Assembly: GCA_030603885.1 (NCBI GenBank)
Contig: JAUVWW010000001.1
Span: 70,716-134,715 of the forward strand
DNA: 64,000 nucleotides
Origin: a bacterium
GTDB lineage: Bacteria > Patescibacteriota > JABMPQ01 > JAUVWW01
Reading direction: 5' to 3'
Shown here one piece after another: positions 9,957 to 18,843 of this stretch. Each line of letters starts with the position of its first letter. The stretch's first letter is position 1. A program made the position numbers and the translations under genes. Below the pieces are notes generated by a model. It made no database searches. It had not been told where the DNA came from and saw only the letters and a list, made by a program, of their open reading frames with translations.

Positions 9957-11009
9957 ATGAAAAAACTTATTGTGCTACTATTACCTATCTCCATTCTCTT
10001 TGTCTTTTGTGGTATCACTTGTCGAAGAGCACCCGAGGCAGCCGATACTGGAATCTTTAAAAGTATAAATTCAGGAGAAGATTGGAAACAGATAGCAAAA
10101 CTTAATGAAGAAGAAAGTATTGCTCAAGTAAGTGTTATTACTATAACCGTCGATCCGATCGATCCTAACGTTATATTTTTAGGAACAAAAGGAGATGGTG
10201 TGTTTAGGACAGAAAATGGAGGTGAGAATTGGATGCATACTCCTCTTTCATCTGGAGAATTTTATTCTATAGTAGTGGATCCTTCAGATGATAATATAGT
10301 ATATGCTGCTGGATTTCCTCAAGACAGAGGTAGGGTATATAAATCAAGAGACAGAGGAGTAACTTGGCAAGAAATATATACTGAGACCCATGAAGGAAGT
10401 AAAGTTTTAACACTAGCCATTAATAGAGATAGACCTAATGAAATCTATGCCGGAAATACCGAAGGAGCTATATTTAAAAGTCAAGATGGTGGAGAAAGTT
10501 GGGTAGTAGAAAAGTGGATGGATGAGAAAGCAGTAAAACAAGTTATATTTGGGCTAAAAGATACAAATAAAATCTATGTGGTTACAGAGACAGGTTTACA
10601 TAAAAGCTCAAATGGAGGCAAGGACTGGACTGATCTAACTAAAAATTTTGAAAGATTTAAAGAAGCAGATAGAATTTATGGCATAGTGGGTGATCCTTAT
10701 TATGATGATGGATTGTTTTCTGCTTCGGCCTATGGATTACTCAAGTCTACAGATGGAGGAAAAACCTGGAAAGAGATACAGCTTTTAGTAAGGCCAGGTA
10801 CATCGGTTTTGGCTTGTGTGGTCAATCCTCAAGACTCAAGACAGATTTATCTTGGTTTGGGTTCTACATTATATAAATCTACTGATGCTGGAAGAAATTG
10901 GACGACTCGTCACATTACGAATAACATTATCCGAGCTTTAGCTGTTGATCCAAAAACTCCATCTATTATCTATTGTGGGGTGGAAGTGAAAGAAGAAGAG
11001 GAGAAATAA
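9957..11009 (+). CDS. secreted BNR/Asp-box repeat beta-propeller protein
   Basis: Signal peptide. At least 7 S-x-D-x-G-x-T-W-type Asp-box repeats (SINSGEDW, TENGGENW, SRDRGVTW, SQDGGESW, SSNGGKDW, STDGGKTW, STDAGRNW). Confidence 0.75.
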   Translation: MKKLIVLLLPISILFVFCGITCRRAPEAADTGIFKSINSGEDWKQIAKLNEEESIAQVSVITITVDPIDPNVIFLGTKGDGVFRTENGGENWMHTPLSSGEFYSIVVDPSDDNIVYAAGFPQDRGRVYKSRDRGVTWQEIYTETHEGSKVLTLAINRDRPNEIYAGNTEGAIFKSQDGGESWVVEKWMDEKAVKQVIFGLKDTNKIYVVTETGLHKSSNGGKDWTDLTKNFERFKEADRIYGIVGDPYYDDGLFSASAYGLLKSTDGGKTWKEIQLLVRPGTSVLACVVNPQDSRQIYLGLGSTLYKSTDAGRNWTTRHITNNIIRALAVDPKTPSIIYCGVEVKEEEEK

Positions 11010-11026
11010 CACAATACAAATCGTAC

Positions 11027-11584
11027 ATGTATAAGGATATAATCGATTCTATAAAAAAAGAATGTGACAAAGCTTTTGATTATCTTAAAAAGGAATTGGC
11101 GGTCCTCAGAACAGGACGAGCCTCGAAAGCTTTAGTTGAAAATTTAATGGTGGATTATTATGGAACAAAAACTCCTCTATTTCAGCTTGCTAGTATTAAT
11201 GTTCCAGAAGCTCGTTTGATCATTGTCCAACCCTATGATAAGAATTCCATTAAAGATATAGAAAAGGCTATCTTGGGCTCTGAATTGGGACTTACTCCAA
11301 ACTTAGAAGAAAATATTATTAGGATTACCATTCCTCCTTTGTCTGAAGAAAGAAGAAAAGAATTGGTTTCTATCTTGCATCAGAAATTGGAAGAAGTAAA
11401 AACATCTATCAGAAATCACAGAGAGGAAGCCTGGAGAAAAATTAAAGAGCAAGAGTCTGAAGGATCCTTAACAGAAGATGAAAAGTATAAGGCTAAGGAT
11501 GAGCTAGATAAGCTAGTCAAGGAATATGACGATAAAGTAGATGAAATAGGGGAGGCAAAAGAAAAGGAAATCATGACAGTCTAG
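11027..11584 (+). CDS. frr: ribosome recycling factor
   Basis: RRF signature throughout (LAVLRTGRAS...IIRITIPPLSEERRKEL). I chose the ATG at 11027 (MYKDII...) over the overlapping upstream ORF-track start. Confidence 0.9.
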   Translation: MYKDIIDSIKKECDKAFDYLKKELAVLRTGRASKALVENLMVDYYGTKTPLFQLASINVPEARLIIVQPYDKNSIKDIEKAILGSELGLTPNLEENIIRITIPPLSEERRKELVSILHQKLEEVKTSIRNHREEAWRKIKEQESEGSLTEDEKYKAKDELDKLVKEYDDKVDEIGEAKEKEIMTV

Positions 11585-11728
11585 ACCTCAGGTATGCCTC
11601 AAAAACACGCGGTTCTGCCTTCGGCAGACCGCTTAGGTCTCGGCTCGCTTCGCTCGCCTCCGACATAGTTTTTTTTGGCATACCTCTCGGTCTTTAAAAT
11701 AGTAATTACTTCGTGAAACTTTCCAAAT
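11585..11728 (+). repeat. structured intergenic element: UUC-loop hairpin (tctgcc-ttc-ggcaga, 11614-11628) nested within a long-range inverted repeat (aggtatgcc ... ggcatacct)
   Basis: Inverted repeats read directly. It shares the 10-mer gcttcgctcg and the hairpin architecture with the elements at 32530 and 50187. Confidence 0.55.
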
Positions 11729-12844
11729 ATGTTATTAACCATCGTTATTTTTATATTAATCCTTGGTCTTTTAATTTTTGTCCATGAATTTGGTCATTTT
11801 ATTACGGCCAAGAGAGCAGGCTTAGAGGTTTCTGAATTTGGATTTGGTTTTCCTCCAAGGTTATTTGGAATAAAAAGGGGCAAAACTACTTATTCAGTCA
11901 ATCTTATTCCAATTGGTGGCTTTGTTAGGATTTTAGGAGAGCAAGGGGAGGAGCCTGAAAATCCTAAAAGTTTTGCTTCAAAATCTCCTGGGGTGAGGGC
12001 TAGAATTGTAGGAATGGGCGTGATCATGAATTTTCTTTTGGCCGTATTGCTTTTGACAGTTGGTTTTAAAGTAGGATTACCCACTGCCGTTTCGGATGAA
12101 GAGGAAGGCTTGAGAGATGTAAAGATTCAAGTTATGGCTGTAGCCAAAGACTCTCCAGCGGAAGCCGCAGATCTTCGGATTTGGGATGGGATTGTGGCTT
12201 TAGATGGAAACGAATTTAAAAAGATTGAAGAGATCCAAGGCCACATAAGAGAAAAAACAGGAGAAGAGATTGTTTTGACCATAAGACGAGGTCAAGATCT
12301 TCTTGAAAAAAAAGTTATTTCCAGAGAGCATTTCCCAGAGGGACAGGGAGCTTTGGGTGTAGGCCTCATAAAAACTGGAATTGTAAGTTATCCGTTCTTT
12401 AAAGCCATATGGATGGGTATCATTTCTACTTTGTCTATGATTCTAGCTATTATACTAGCCATTGCTGGTATAATAAAAGAATTATTACTTACTAGAACTA
12501 TCACTGCTGAGCTAGCAGGACCAGTAGGAATTGCAGTCATGACCGGACAGGTAGCTAGAATGGGATGGATTTATATCTTAAATTTTACAGCCATATTGAG
12601 TGTTAATTTAGGTATTATTAACGCTTTGCCCTTTCCTGCTTTGGATGGAGGAAGATTATTGTTTCTAGTCATAGAAAAAATCAGGGGCAGAAAAGTAAGT
12701 CCTAAAATAGAAAACATAGCTCACGCCATTGGTTTTGCACTACTGATGCTTTTAATAATTTTAATTACTTTCCGAGACATAGCTAGGTTTGGAGATAGGA
12801 TAATCCGGGCACTTAAAAATTTAATAGGGATATCAAGCTCCTAG
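11729..12844 (+). CDS. rseP: RIP metalloprotease RseP (site-2 protease)
   Basis: HEFGH zinc motif in the first TM, a PDZ region and a C-terminal LDGG motif. Confidence 0.88.
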   Translation: MLLTIVIFILILGLLIFVHEFGHFITAKRAGLEVSEFGFGFPPRLFGIKRGKTTYSVNLIPIGGFVRILGEQGEEPENPKSFASKSPGVRARIVGMGVIMNFLLAVLLLTVGFKVGLPTAVSDEEEGLRDVKIQVMAVAKDSPAEAADLRIWDGIVALDGNEFKKIEEIQGHIREKTGEEIVLTIRRGQDLLEKKVISREHFPEGQGALGVGLIKTGIVSYPFFKAIWMGIISTLSMILAIILAIAGIIKELLLTRTITAELAGPVGIAVMTGQVARMGWIYILNFTAILSVNLGIINALPFPALDGGRLLFLVIEKIRGRKVSPKIENIAHAIGFALLMLLIILITFRDIARFGDRIIRALKNLIGISSS

Positions 12845-12883
12845 TTTTAAGGCCTCGGGTATGCCTCTAATTCAAAAATAGTC

Positions 12884-14125
12884 ATGCTTCAATCTCAGTT
12901 ATTTACAAAAACTCTACACAAGCCTCCAAAGGAGGCAGAATCTCCATCTCATAAATATTTAACTCAAGCAGATTTTGTTGATTGTCTTGCTTCTGGGATA
13001 TTTAGCCTTTTGCCTTTGGGTTTTCGAGTACATAAGAAAATAGAGAATATTATTCGTCAAGAGATGGATAGTTTGGGAGGACAAGAGGTATATTTACCTA
13101 GTTTGCAGCCAAAAAACTTGTGGATGGAAACCGGACGTTGGAAAACTATAGAGCCTCCTCTGTTTAAGTTAAAAGATACACATAAAAAAGACTTGGCTTT
13201 AGGTTCTACTCATGAAGAGGTTATCACTGACATTGTCCGAAAGAGAATCAAATCTTATAAGGATTTACCTTTTACCCTGTATCAAATACAGGACAAATTT
13301 AGAAATGAGCTAAGGGCCACAGGTGGACTTCTTAGGGTTCGAGAATTTGTTATGAAAGATTTATATAGTTTTCATAGCGACTTTTCTGATTTAGATAAAT
13401 ATTACCATAAGGTAGCTAAAGCTTATGAAAATATATTCAAAAGATGTGGTATTAATGCCATCCAAGTAGAGGCCTCAGCTGGAACCATTGGGGGAGGGGA
13501 AAGTCATGAATTTATGGTCCTTGCTAAAACAGGAGAAGACAAAGTAGCGCTATGTCAAAAATGCAATTGGGCAGCTAATCTAGAAATAGGGAAGAAGTAC
13601 AAAGTGTGCCCTAAATGTAAAGGTAAGCTTGTTGTACAAAATAGTATTGAGGTTGGACATCTATTTAAATTAGGAGTAGAATATTCTAAAAAGATGAAAG
13701 CAAATTTTACAGATAAAGATGGAAAAGAGAAACCGATTGTTATGGGTTGCTATGGAATTGGTCTGGGAAGACTGATGGCTACAGTAGTGGAAGTAAGACA
13801 TGATAAAAAAGGAATCATCTGGCCCAAAAATATTTCTCCTTTTGATGTTCATCTTCTCGCTTTACAGCCAACGAACAAAAAAGTTGTTCAATTTGCTGAA
13901 AATTTGTATAAAACTTTACAAAAAAATAATATTGATATATTATATGATGACCGGGTAGTTAGTCCTGGAATAAAGCTAAATGATGCAGATTTAATAGGAA
14001 TACCTGTTAGGCTGGTGGTGAGTGAGAAGACTCAAGAGAAGAATGCAGTTGAGTTTAAACTCCGTAGCCAAAAAAAGATAAAGCTGATTAAAAAAGATAA
14101 AGTTGTTCAAGAGTTACTTAGGTAA
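12884..14125 (+). CDS. proS: prolyl-tRNA synthetase (short form lacking the INS editing domain)
   Basis: Class II motif 2 (FRNELRATGGLLRVREF), a C-terminal anticodon-binding domain, and a CxxC...CxxC zinc ribbon where the INS domain would be. Confidence 0.85.
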   Translation: MLQSQLFTKTLHKPPKEAESPSHKYLTQADFVDCLASGIFSLLPLGFRVHKKIENIIRQEMDSLGGQEVYLPSLQPKNLWMETGRWKTIEPPLFKLKDTHKKDLALGSTHEEVITDIVRKRIKSYKDLPFTLYQIQDKFRNELRATGGLLRVREFVMKDLYSFHSDFSDLDKYYHKVAKAYENIFKRCGINAIQVEASAGTIGGGESHEFMVLAKTGEDKVALCQKCNWAANLEIGKKYKVCPKCKGKLVVQNSIEVGHLFKLGVEYSKKMKANFTDKDGKEKPIVMGCYGIGLGRLMATVVEVRHDKKGIIWPKNISPFDVHLLALQPTNKKVVQFAENLYKTLQKNNIDILYDDRVVSPGIKLNDADLIGIPVRLVVSEKTQEKNAVEFKLRSQKKIKLIKKDKVVQELLR

Positions 14126-14135
14126 CTAAACAAGT

Positions 14136-15188
14136 ATGTTTGATAAATTATTTGGATCACTATCAAAAGATCTAGGAGTAGATTTGGGCACTGCTAATAC
14201 CCTGGTTTATGTTAAGGGAAAAGGCATTGTCATCAACGAGCCTTCGGTGGTAGCTTTTAATAAGAAGACTGGACAGATTTTGGCCATTGGAAACGAAGCC
14301 AGAAAAATGGTAGGAAAAACCCCTGCCCATATCGTAGCTTCAAAACCTTTGGTAGATGGAGTAATATCTGATTTTGAGGTAACGGAAAAAATGTTGAGAT
14401 ATTTTATAGAAAAAGTGCAAGGGGAAGGATTTTCTATTTTCCCAAAGCCCAGGGTAGTCATTGGTATTCCTCTAGGGGTAACAGAAGTAGAAAAAAGAGC
14501 GGTTGAGGATGCGACTATCTCTGCTGGAGCAAGAAAAGCTTACCTTATTGAAGAACCTATGGCTGCAGCTATAGGAGCCAGACTTCCGATTCAAGATCCA
14601 GCAGGATCTATGATTGTAGATATAGGAGGAGGAACTTGTGAAATAGCAGTAATATCTTTGGGCGGGGTAGTGACCTCAAAATCTTTGAGGATTGCTGGAG
14701 ATGAAATGGATCAAGATATAATTCAATTTGCAAGAGATAGCTATAACTTGCTTTTAGGAGAGAGAACAGCAGAAGAAATTAAAATAGCCATTGGTTCAGC
14801 CCATGAATTAAAAGAACCTCTTGAGACTATGATGCGGGGAAGAGATTTAATTACTGGACTTCCTAAAGAAGTAAAAATTAATGATCAAGAGACAAGAGAG
14901 GCACTTTCTAGAACCGTTCATCTTATAATCACTGCTATTAAAGATACTATTGAGGCTACTCCGCCAGAGCTGGTAGCTGATATTATGAAAAAGGGTATAG
15001 TTATGACCGGCGGAGGCTCTTTGCTTAAAGGTTTTGCTCAACTTGTTCAAGAAGAAACTAGGATGCCAACACATTTAGCCGAAGATCCTTTGACTTGTGT
15101 AGTAAGAGGATGTGGAGTTGTACTCGAAGATATTGATACTCTAAAAGAAGTGCTGGTTGCCACCCAGTATGAAAAACCATTAAGGTAA
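14136..15188 (+). CDS. mreB: rod shape-determining protein MreB (paralog 2)
   Basis: VDLGTANTLVYV and DIGGGTCEIAVISLGG motifs. It lies directly upstream of mreC. Confidence 0.9.
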   Translation: MFDKLFGSLSKDLGVDLGTANTLVYVKGKGIVINEPSVVAFNKKTGQILAIGNEARKMVGKTPAHIVASKPLVDGVISDFEVTEKMLRYFIEKVQGEGFSIFPKPRVVIGIPLGVTEVEKRAVEDATISAGARKAYLIEEPMAAAIGARLPIQDPAGSMIVDIGGGTCEIAVISLGGVVTSKSLRIAGDEMDQDIIQFARDSYNLLLGERTAEEIKIAIGSAHELKEPLETMMRGRDLITGLPKEVKINDQETREALSRTVHLIITAIKDTIEATPPELVADIMKKGIVMTGGGSLLKGFAQLVQEETRMPTHLAEDPLTCVVRGCGVVLEDIDTLKEVLVATQYEKPLR

Positions 15189-15218
15189 GAATGTCTAATG
15201 TCTAATTTTTAATGTCTA

Positions 15219-16013
15219 ATGTTTCGCAAGCCAGCTCAAATATTTACAATATCTATAATTATCATCATTGCCCTTATTGTTTTTCATCAACTAGGCTGGC
15301 TTAAATCTGCAGAGGGAATTGCATTGAGAGGTTTATCTCCCATCGGAGGTTTTTTTTATAAGGTAGGAAAAAGGACAGCTGATTTTTTTGGTTTGATAGG
15401 TTCTATTAGAGATTTAGAGAGACAAAACCTTGAGCTACAGGAAAAAGTAAACCAGCTTATAGTAGAAAATGCAAAGCTGAAAGAAGTAGAGAGAGAAAAT
15501 GAGCTGTTGCGTAAGCAGTTAGATTTCGTTAAATCTTCAGAACATAAGCTGCTTTCAGCTTTTATTGTAGCTTTTGACCCAAGTGGACTTTTTCAACTTA
15601 TTACTATAAATAGAGGAGAGAAGGATGGAGTTAGGCAAGGTATGCCAGTAGTTGTATCAGGAGGGATTTTAGTAGGGAAGGTTAAAGAAACAACCAGTAC
15701 AACTTCACAAGTACTTTTGATTACTGACTCATCCAGTAGCATTTCTGGCTTAATTCAGGAATCACAAGCCACTGGAGTGGTTAAAGGAGAAATGAAACTA
15801 GGATTGGTTATGGATATGATCCCTCAAGATGCAGAAGTAAAAAATGGAGATCGTGTTTTAACCTCTAGCTTAGGTGGAGAGTTTCCTGAAGGCCTAGTTA
15901 TTGGGCAAGTTGAAGAAGTACAAAGGCGTGAGGGTGAGCTATTTCAGAAAGCAAGAATAAAACCAGCTTGTGATTTTAGAGAATTGGAAATAGTTTCTGT
16001 AATATTAAAATAA
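15219..16013 (+). CDS. mreC: rod shape-determining protein MreC
   Basis: N-terminal TM, a coiled-coil (LELQEKVNQLIVENAKLKEVERENELLRKQL) and beta-rich C-terminal domains. It sits between mreB and the downstream mreD. Confidence 0.85.
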   Translation: MFRKPAQIFTISIIIIIALIVFHQLGWLKSAEGIALRGLSPIGGFFYKVGKRTADFFGLIGSIRDLERQNLELQEKVNQLIVENAKLKEVERENELLRKQLDFVKSSEHKLLSAFIVAFDPSGLFQLITINRGEKDGVRQGMPVVVSGGILVGKVKETTSTTSQVLLITDSSSSISGLIQESQATGVVKGEMKLGLVMDMIPQDAEVKNGDRVLTSSLGGEFPEGLVIGQVEEVQRREGELFQKARIKPACDFRELEIVSVILK

Positions 16014-18803
16014 ATGACCAAAGAAAAAGCTAAGAAGAAAATCAAAGAACTTGTTAAAGATTACGAAGGTATAAAAAAGAGAGGTGAGGTTGGGTTATAC
16101 AAAGAAGAGACTACGAAACAACGATTTATTCAGCCTTTATTTAAAGCTCTGGGTTGGGATTTCAAAGTTGATGTTTGGCCCGAGGAAAAGGTTTCTAAAG
16201 GCAGGGTAGATTACGCTTTTAAATTAAATAACATTACTAAGTTTTTTGTAGAAACGAAATCATTGAAGATAGGTTTAGATAATCCCGACTATGATAAACA
16301 AGTAATTAACTATGGTTGGCTTAAGGATATAACCTGGGTGGTCTTAACTAATTTTGAGGAGTTAAAAATCTTTAATTCGGAATTGAAAGAAGAAAACCTA
16401 GTTCTTGATTTAACTTATGATAGATATTTAAAAGATTTTGATGATCTTTGGCGTTTAAGTAAAGAAGCTTTTATAAAAGGAGAACTTGATAGATGGGCAG
16501 AAAAATATGGCAAGAAAGCCAAGAGATTGAAAGTAGGAGAACAACTTTTTGAGGATTTATTACAATGGAGAAAATTTTTATCTGATAATGTATATCAGCT
16601 TCTAGGTTTATCAAAAGAAGAGATCAGTGAGGGGGTTCAGAGAATTCTGGACCGCCTTATTTTTATAAGAACTGCTGAAGATAGGGGGATAGAAGAAAAG
16701 ATTTTACTTCCCAAGCTAAGAGAATGGGAAGATAAAGGACGTAAGCAAGAATTTATGGAAGTCCTTAGTAAGGTTTTTAGAGATTTTGATGAAGGATATA
16801 ACAGTGAATTATTTGATCATCATGACTGCGAGAAGTGGGGGTTGGGAACAGAAGTTTTAGAAAAAGTAGTTAAAGGATTGTATAAAACCAAAGATGGTTT
16901 GGATTATGATTTTAGTGCTATTGGTAGTGATGTGCTGGGTGGAATCTATGAGCAATATTTAGGACATTTATTAGAGACGATTAAAGGAGAAACCAAGGTG
17001 ATTAGTGGCCGTGCCAAACGCAAAGAAAAGGGAATTTATTATACCCCTAAATTCATCGTTGATTATATTGTTAAAAATACTTTAGGCGAAGTTTTGAAAA
17101 ATAAGAAACCAAATGAGATAAGGAAGTTAAAAGTTTTAGATCCGGCTTGCGGCTCTGGATCATTTTTACAGAGAGCTCATCAAGAGATTGTTGATTACTT
17201 AGAAGAAAAGAAATCAGAAATCAAAGATGAAAAGAGTAAACTTGGTGCTATCGCTAAATTAATAAAAGAAAAAGAGGGCAAAAAAGAACTTTCTGTAGCT
17301 CAAAAAATTGAGATTTTAAGAAATAATATTTATGGGGTAGATCTAGATCATCAAGCAGTGGAGATTGCTCGTTTAAATTTATTATTAAAGGTTCTTAAAA
17401 AGAGACAAAGACTTCCTTTACTTGATGATACTATTAAAGAAGGTAATTCTTTAATTTCTGGAGATGAGAAAGAGTTGAAGAAATATTTTGGAGATAAATG
17501 GAAAGAGAAAAAACCTTTCAATTGGAAAGAGGAGTTTGAGGAAGTTTTTAGACAAGAAGGATTTGATGTGATTATTGGAAATCCGCCTTATGTGGGTTCC
17601 TTAGAGATTTCAAAAACAAGTTCGAAAGGAGAAAAGGATTATCTCAAAGAAAAATATAGATCTGCTCGTGGCGTTTACGACTTATATGTAGTGTTTTTAG
17701 AAAAGTCCATCAGATTACTTAAAGAGAAAGGATTGTTAGGGTTTATAGTTCCAAATAAGTTTATGTCTACAGATTATGGATTCCATCTCAGAAAATATAT
17801 CTTGGAGAAATGTTCGATAAGAGAAATAATTGACGTGTCTAGTTTGTCTGTGTTTAAAGGAGTGGCAGTCTATCCAATAATCCTCATTTTACAAAAAGAA
17901 AAAAGAAAAAAATATAGGGATAGAAATCAACTTTTATTTAATGAACTAGAAAATATTAATAAATTAGATTTTAAAGAAGGTAGATTAGTTCACCAATCTA
18001 TCTTTACACGAAATAATAAATATGTATTTAGTAGTTTTATTAGTGAAGGTATGATAGGATTGATAAAAAAATTTGAGAAACATACCATTCCATTATGCAA
18101 AGTTTCTGACGTTAGTAGTGGCACAACCGGTTTTGATTATTCAAGATATGGAAAGTTGATTACAGAACAGAAGCCTGAAAAAGAATATAGAAAATTTATT
18201 ATCACGCGTAATATTGAACCCTATTATATTTCCTGGGGTAAAAGAATAAATTATTTAAAAAGGTCTTTCATTCATCCATATCTAGCTTATAGCAAAAAAA
18301 TTATTTCGAAAGGCAAATGGGATCTTTTTAAAGACAAAAAAATTACAATTAGAGGCCTATCAAAAAGATTAACTGCCGCTGCCGATAATGAAGGTTTTGC
18401 TTTAGGGGTAGGAGTTTACGCCTTAAGAAATTTGAAGATTAATAAGAAATTTCTTTTAGCTCTCTTAAATTCAAAGGTTCTAGATTATTATTATCGGGTA
18501 AAGTTCTCTTCAAAGCATCTCGCTGGTGGTTATTTGGGCTTTAATGTAGGACAACTTTCCCAGCTCCCTATTTATAGAATTGATCTCTCTAAAAAATCTG
18601 ATAAGGAAAAACATGACAAACTGCTTAGATTAGTAAATAAGATATTAGAATTAAATAAAGAATTACAGAAGTTTGGAGACAAGATTACAGATAAAAGAAA
18701 AAAGATCGAGAAAGAAATTGAGAGGACGGATAGGAAGATTGATGGGGTGGTATATAAATTGTATGGATTAACTAGAAAGGAGATTAAAATAGTGGAAAAT
18801 TGA
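16014..18803 (+). CDS. MmeI-family Type IIG restriction endonuclease / N6-adenine DNA methyltransferase (single-chain RM)
   Basis: N-terminal PD-(D/E)xK motif with D66...E80-x-K82 (VDYAF...VETK). AdoMet motif I (VLDPACGSGSFL). Motif IV NPPY (IIGNPPYVG). A C-terminal TRD-like region. 929 aa, which is MmeI-like size. Confidence 0.85.
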   Translation: MTKEKAKKKIKELVKDYEGIKKRGEVGLYKEETTKQRFIQPLFKALGWDFKVDVWPEEKVSKGRVDYAFKLNNITKFFVETKSLKIGLDNPDYDKQVINYGWLKDITWVVLTNFEELKIFNSELKEENLVLDLTYDRYLKDFDDLWRLSKEAFIKGELDRWAEKYGKKAKRLKVGEQLFEDLLQWRKFLSDNVYQLLGLSKEEISEGVQRILDRLIFIRTAEDRGIEEKILLPKLREWEDKGRKQEFMEVLSKVFRDFDEGYNSELFDHHDCEKWGLGTEVLEKVVKGLYKTKDGLDYDFSAIGSDVLGGIYEQYLGHLLETIKGETKVISGRAKRKEKGIYYTPKFIVDYIVKNTLGEVLKNKKPNEIRKLKVLDPACGSGSFLQRAHQEIVDYLEEKKSEIKDEKSKLGAIAKLIKEKEGKKELSVAQKIEILRNNIYGVDLDHQAVEIARLNLLLKVLKKRQRLPLLDDTIKEGNSLISGDEKELKKYFGDKWKEKKPFNWKEEFEEVFRQEGFDVIIGNPPYVGSLEISKTSSKGEKDYLKEKYRSARGVYDLYVVFLEKSIRLLKEKGLLGFIVPNKFMSTDYGFHLRKYILEKCSIREIIDVSSLSVFKGVAVYPIILILQKEKRKKYRDRNQLLFNELENINKLDFKEGRLVHQSIFTRNNKYVFSSFISEGMIGLIKKFEKHTIPLCKVSDVSSGTTGFDYSRYGKLITEQKPEKEYRKFIITRNIEPYYISWGKRINYLKRSFIHPYLAYSKKIISKGKWDLFKDKKITIRGLSKRLTAAADNEGFALGVGVYALRNLKINKKFLLALLNSKVLDYYYRVKFSSKHLAGGYLGFNVGQLSQLPIYRIDLSKKSDKEKHDKLLRLVNKILELNKELQKFGDKITDKRKKIEKEIERTDRKIDGVVYKLYGLTRKEIKIVEN

Positions 18804-18843
18804 TATGAGAAACGCTATCCAAAGTTGGTAAAAATAATTTTTT

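Noticed and set aside
10973-11026. Upstream ORF-track start for frr, overlapping the BNR protein gene
   Set aside because: RRF homology starts at MYKDII (11027). The extension is low complexity.
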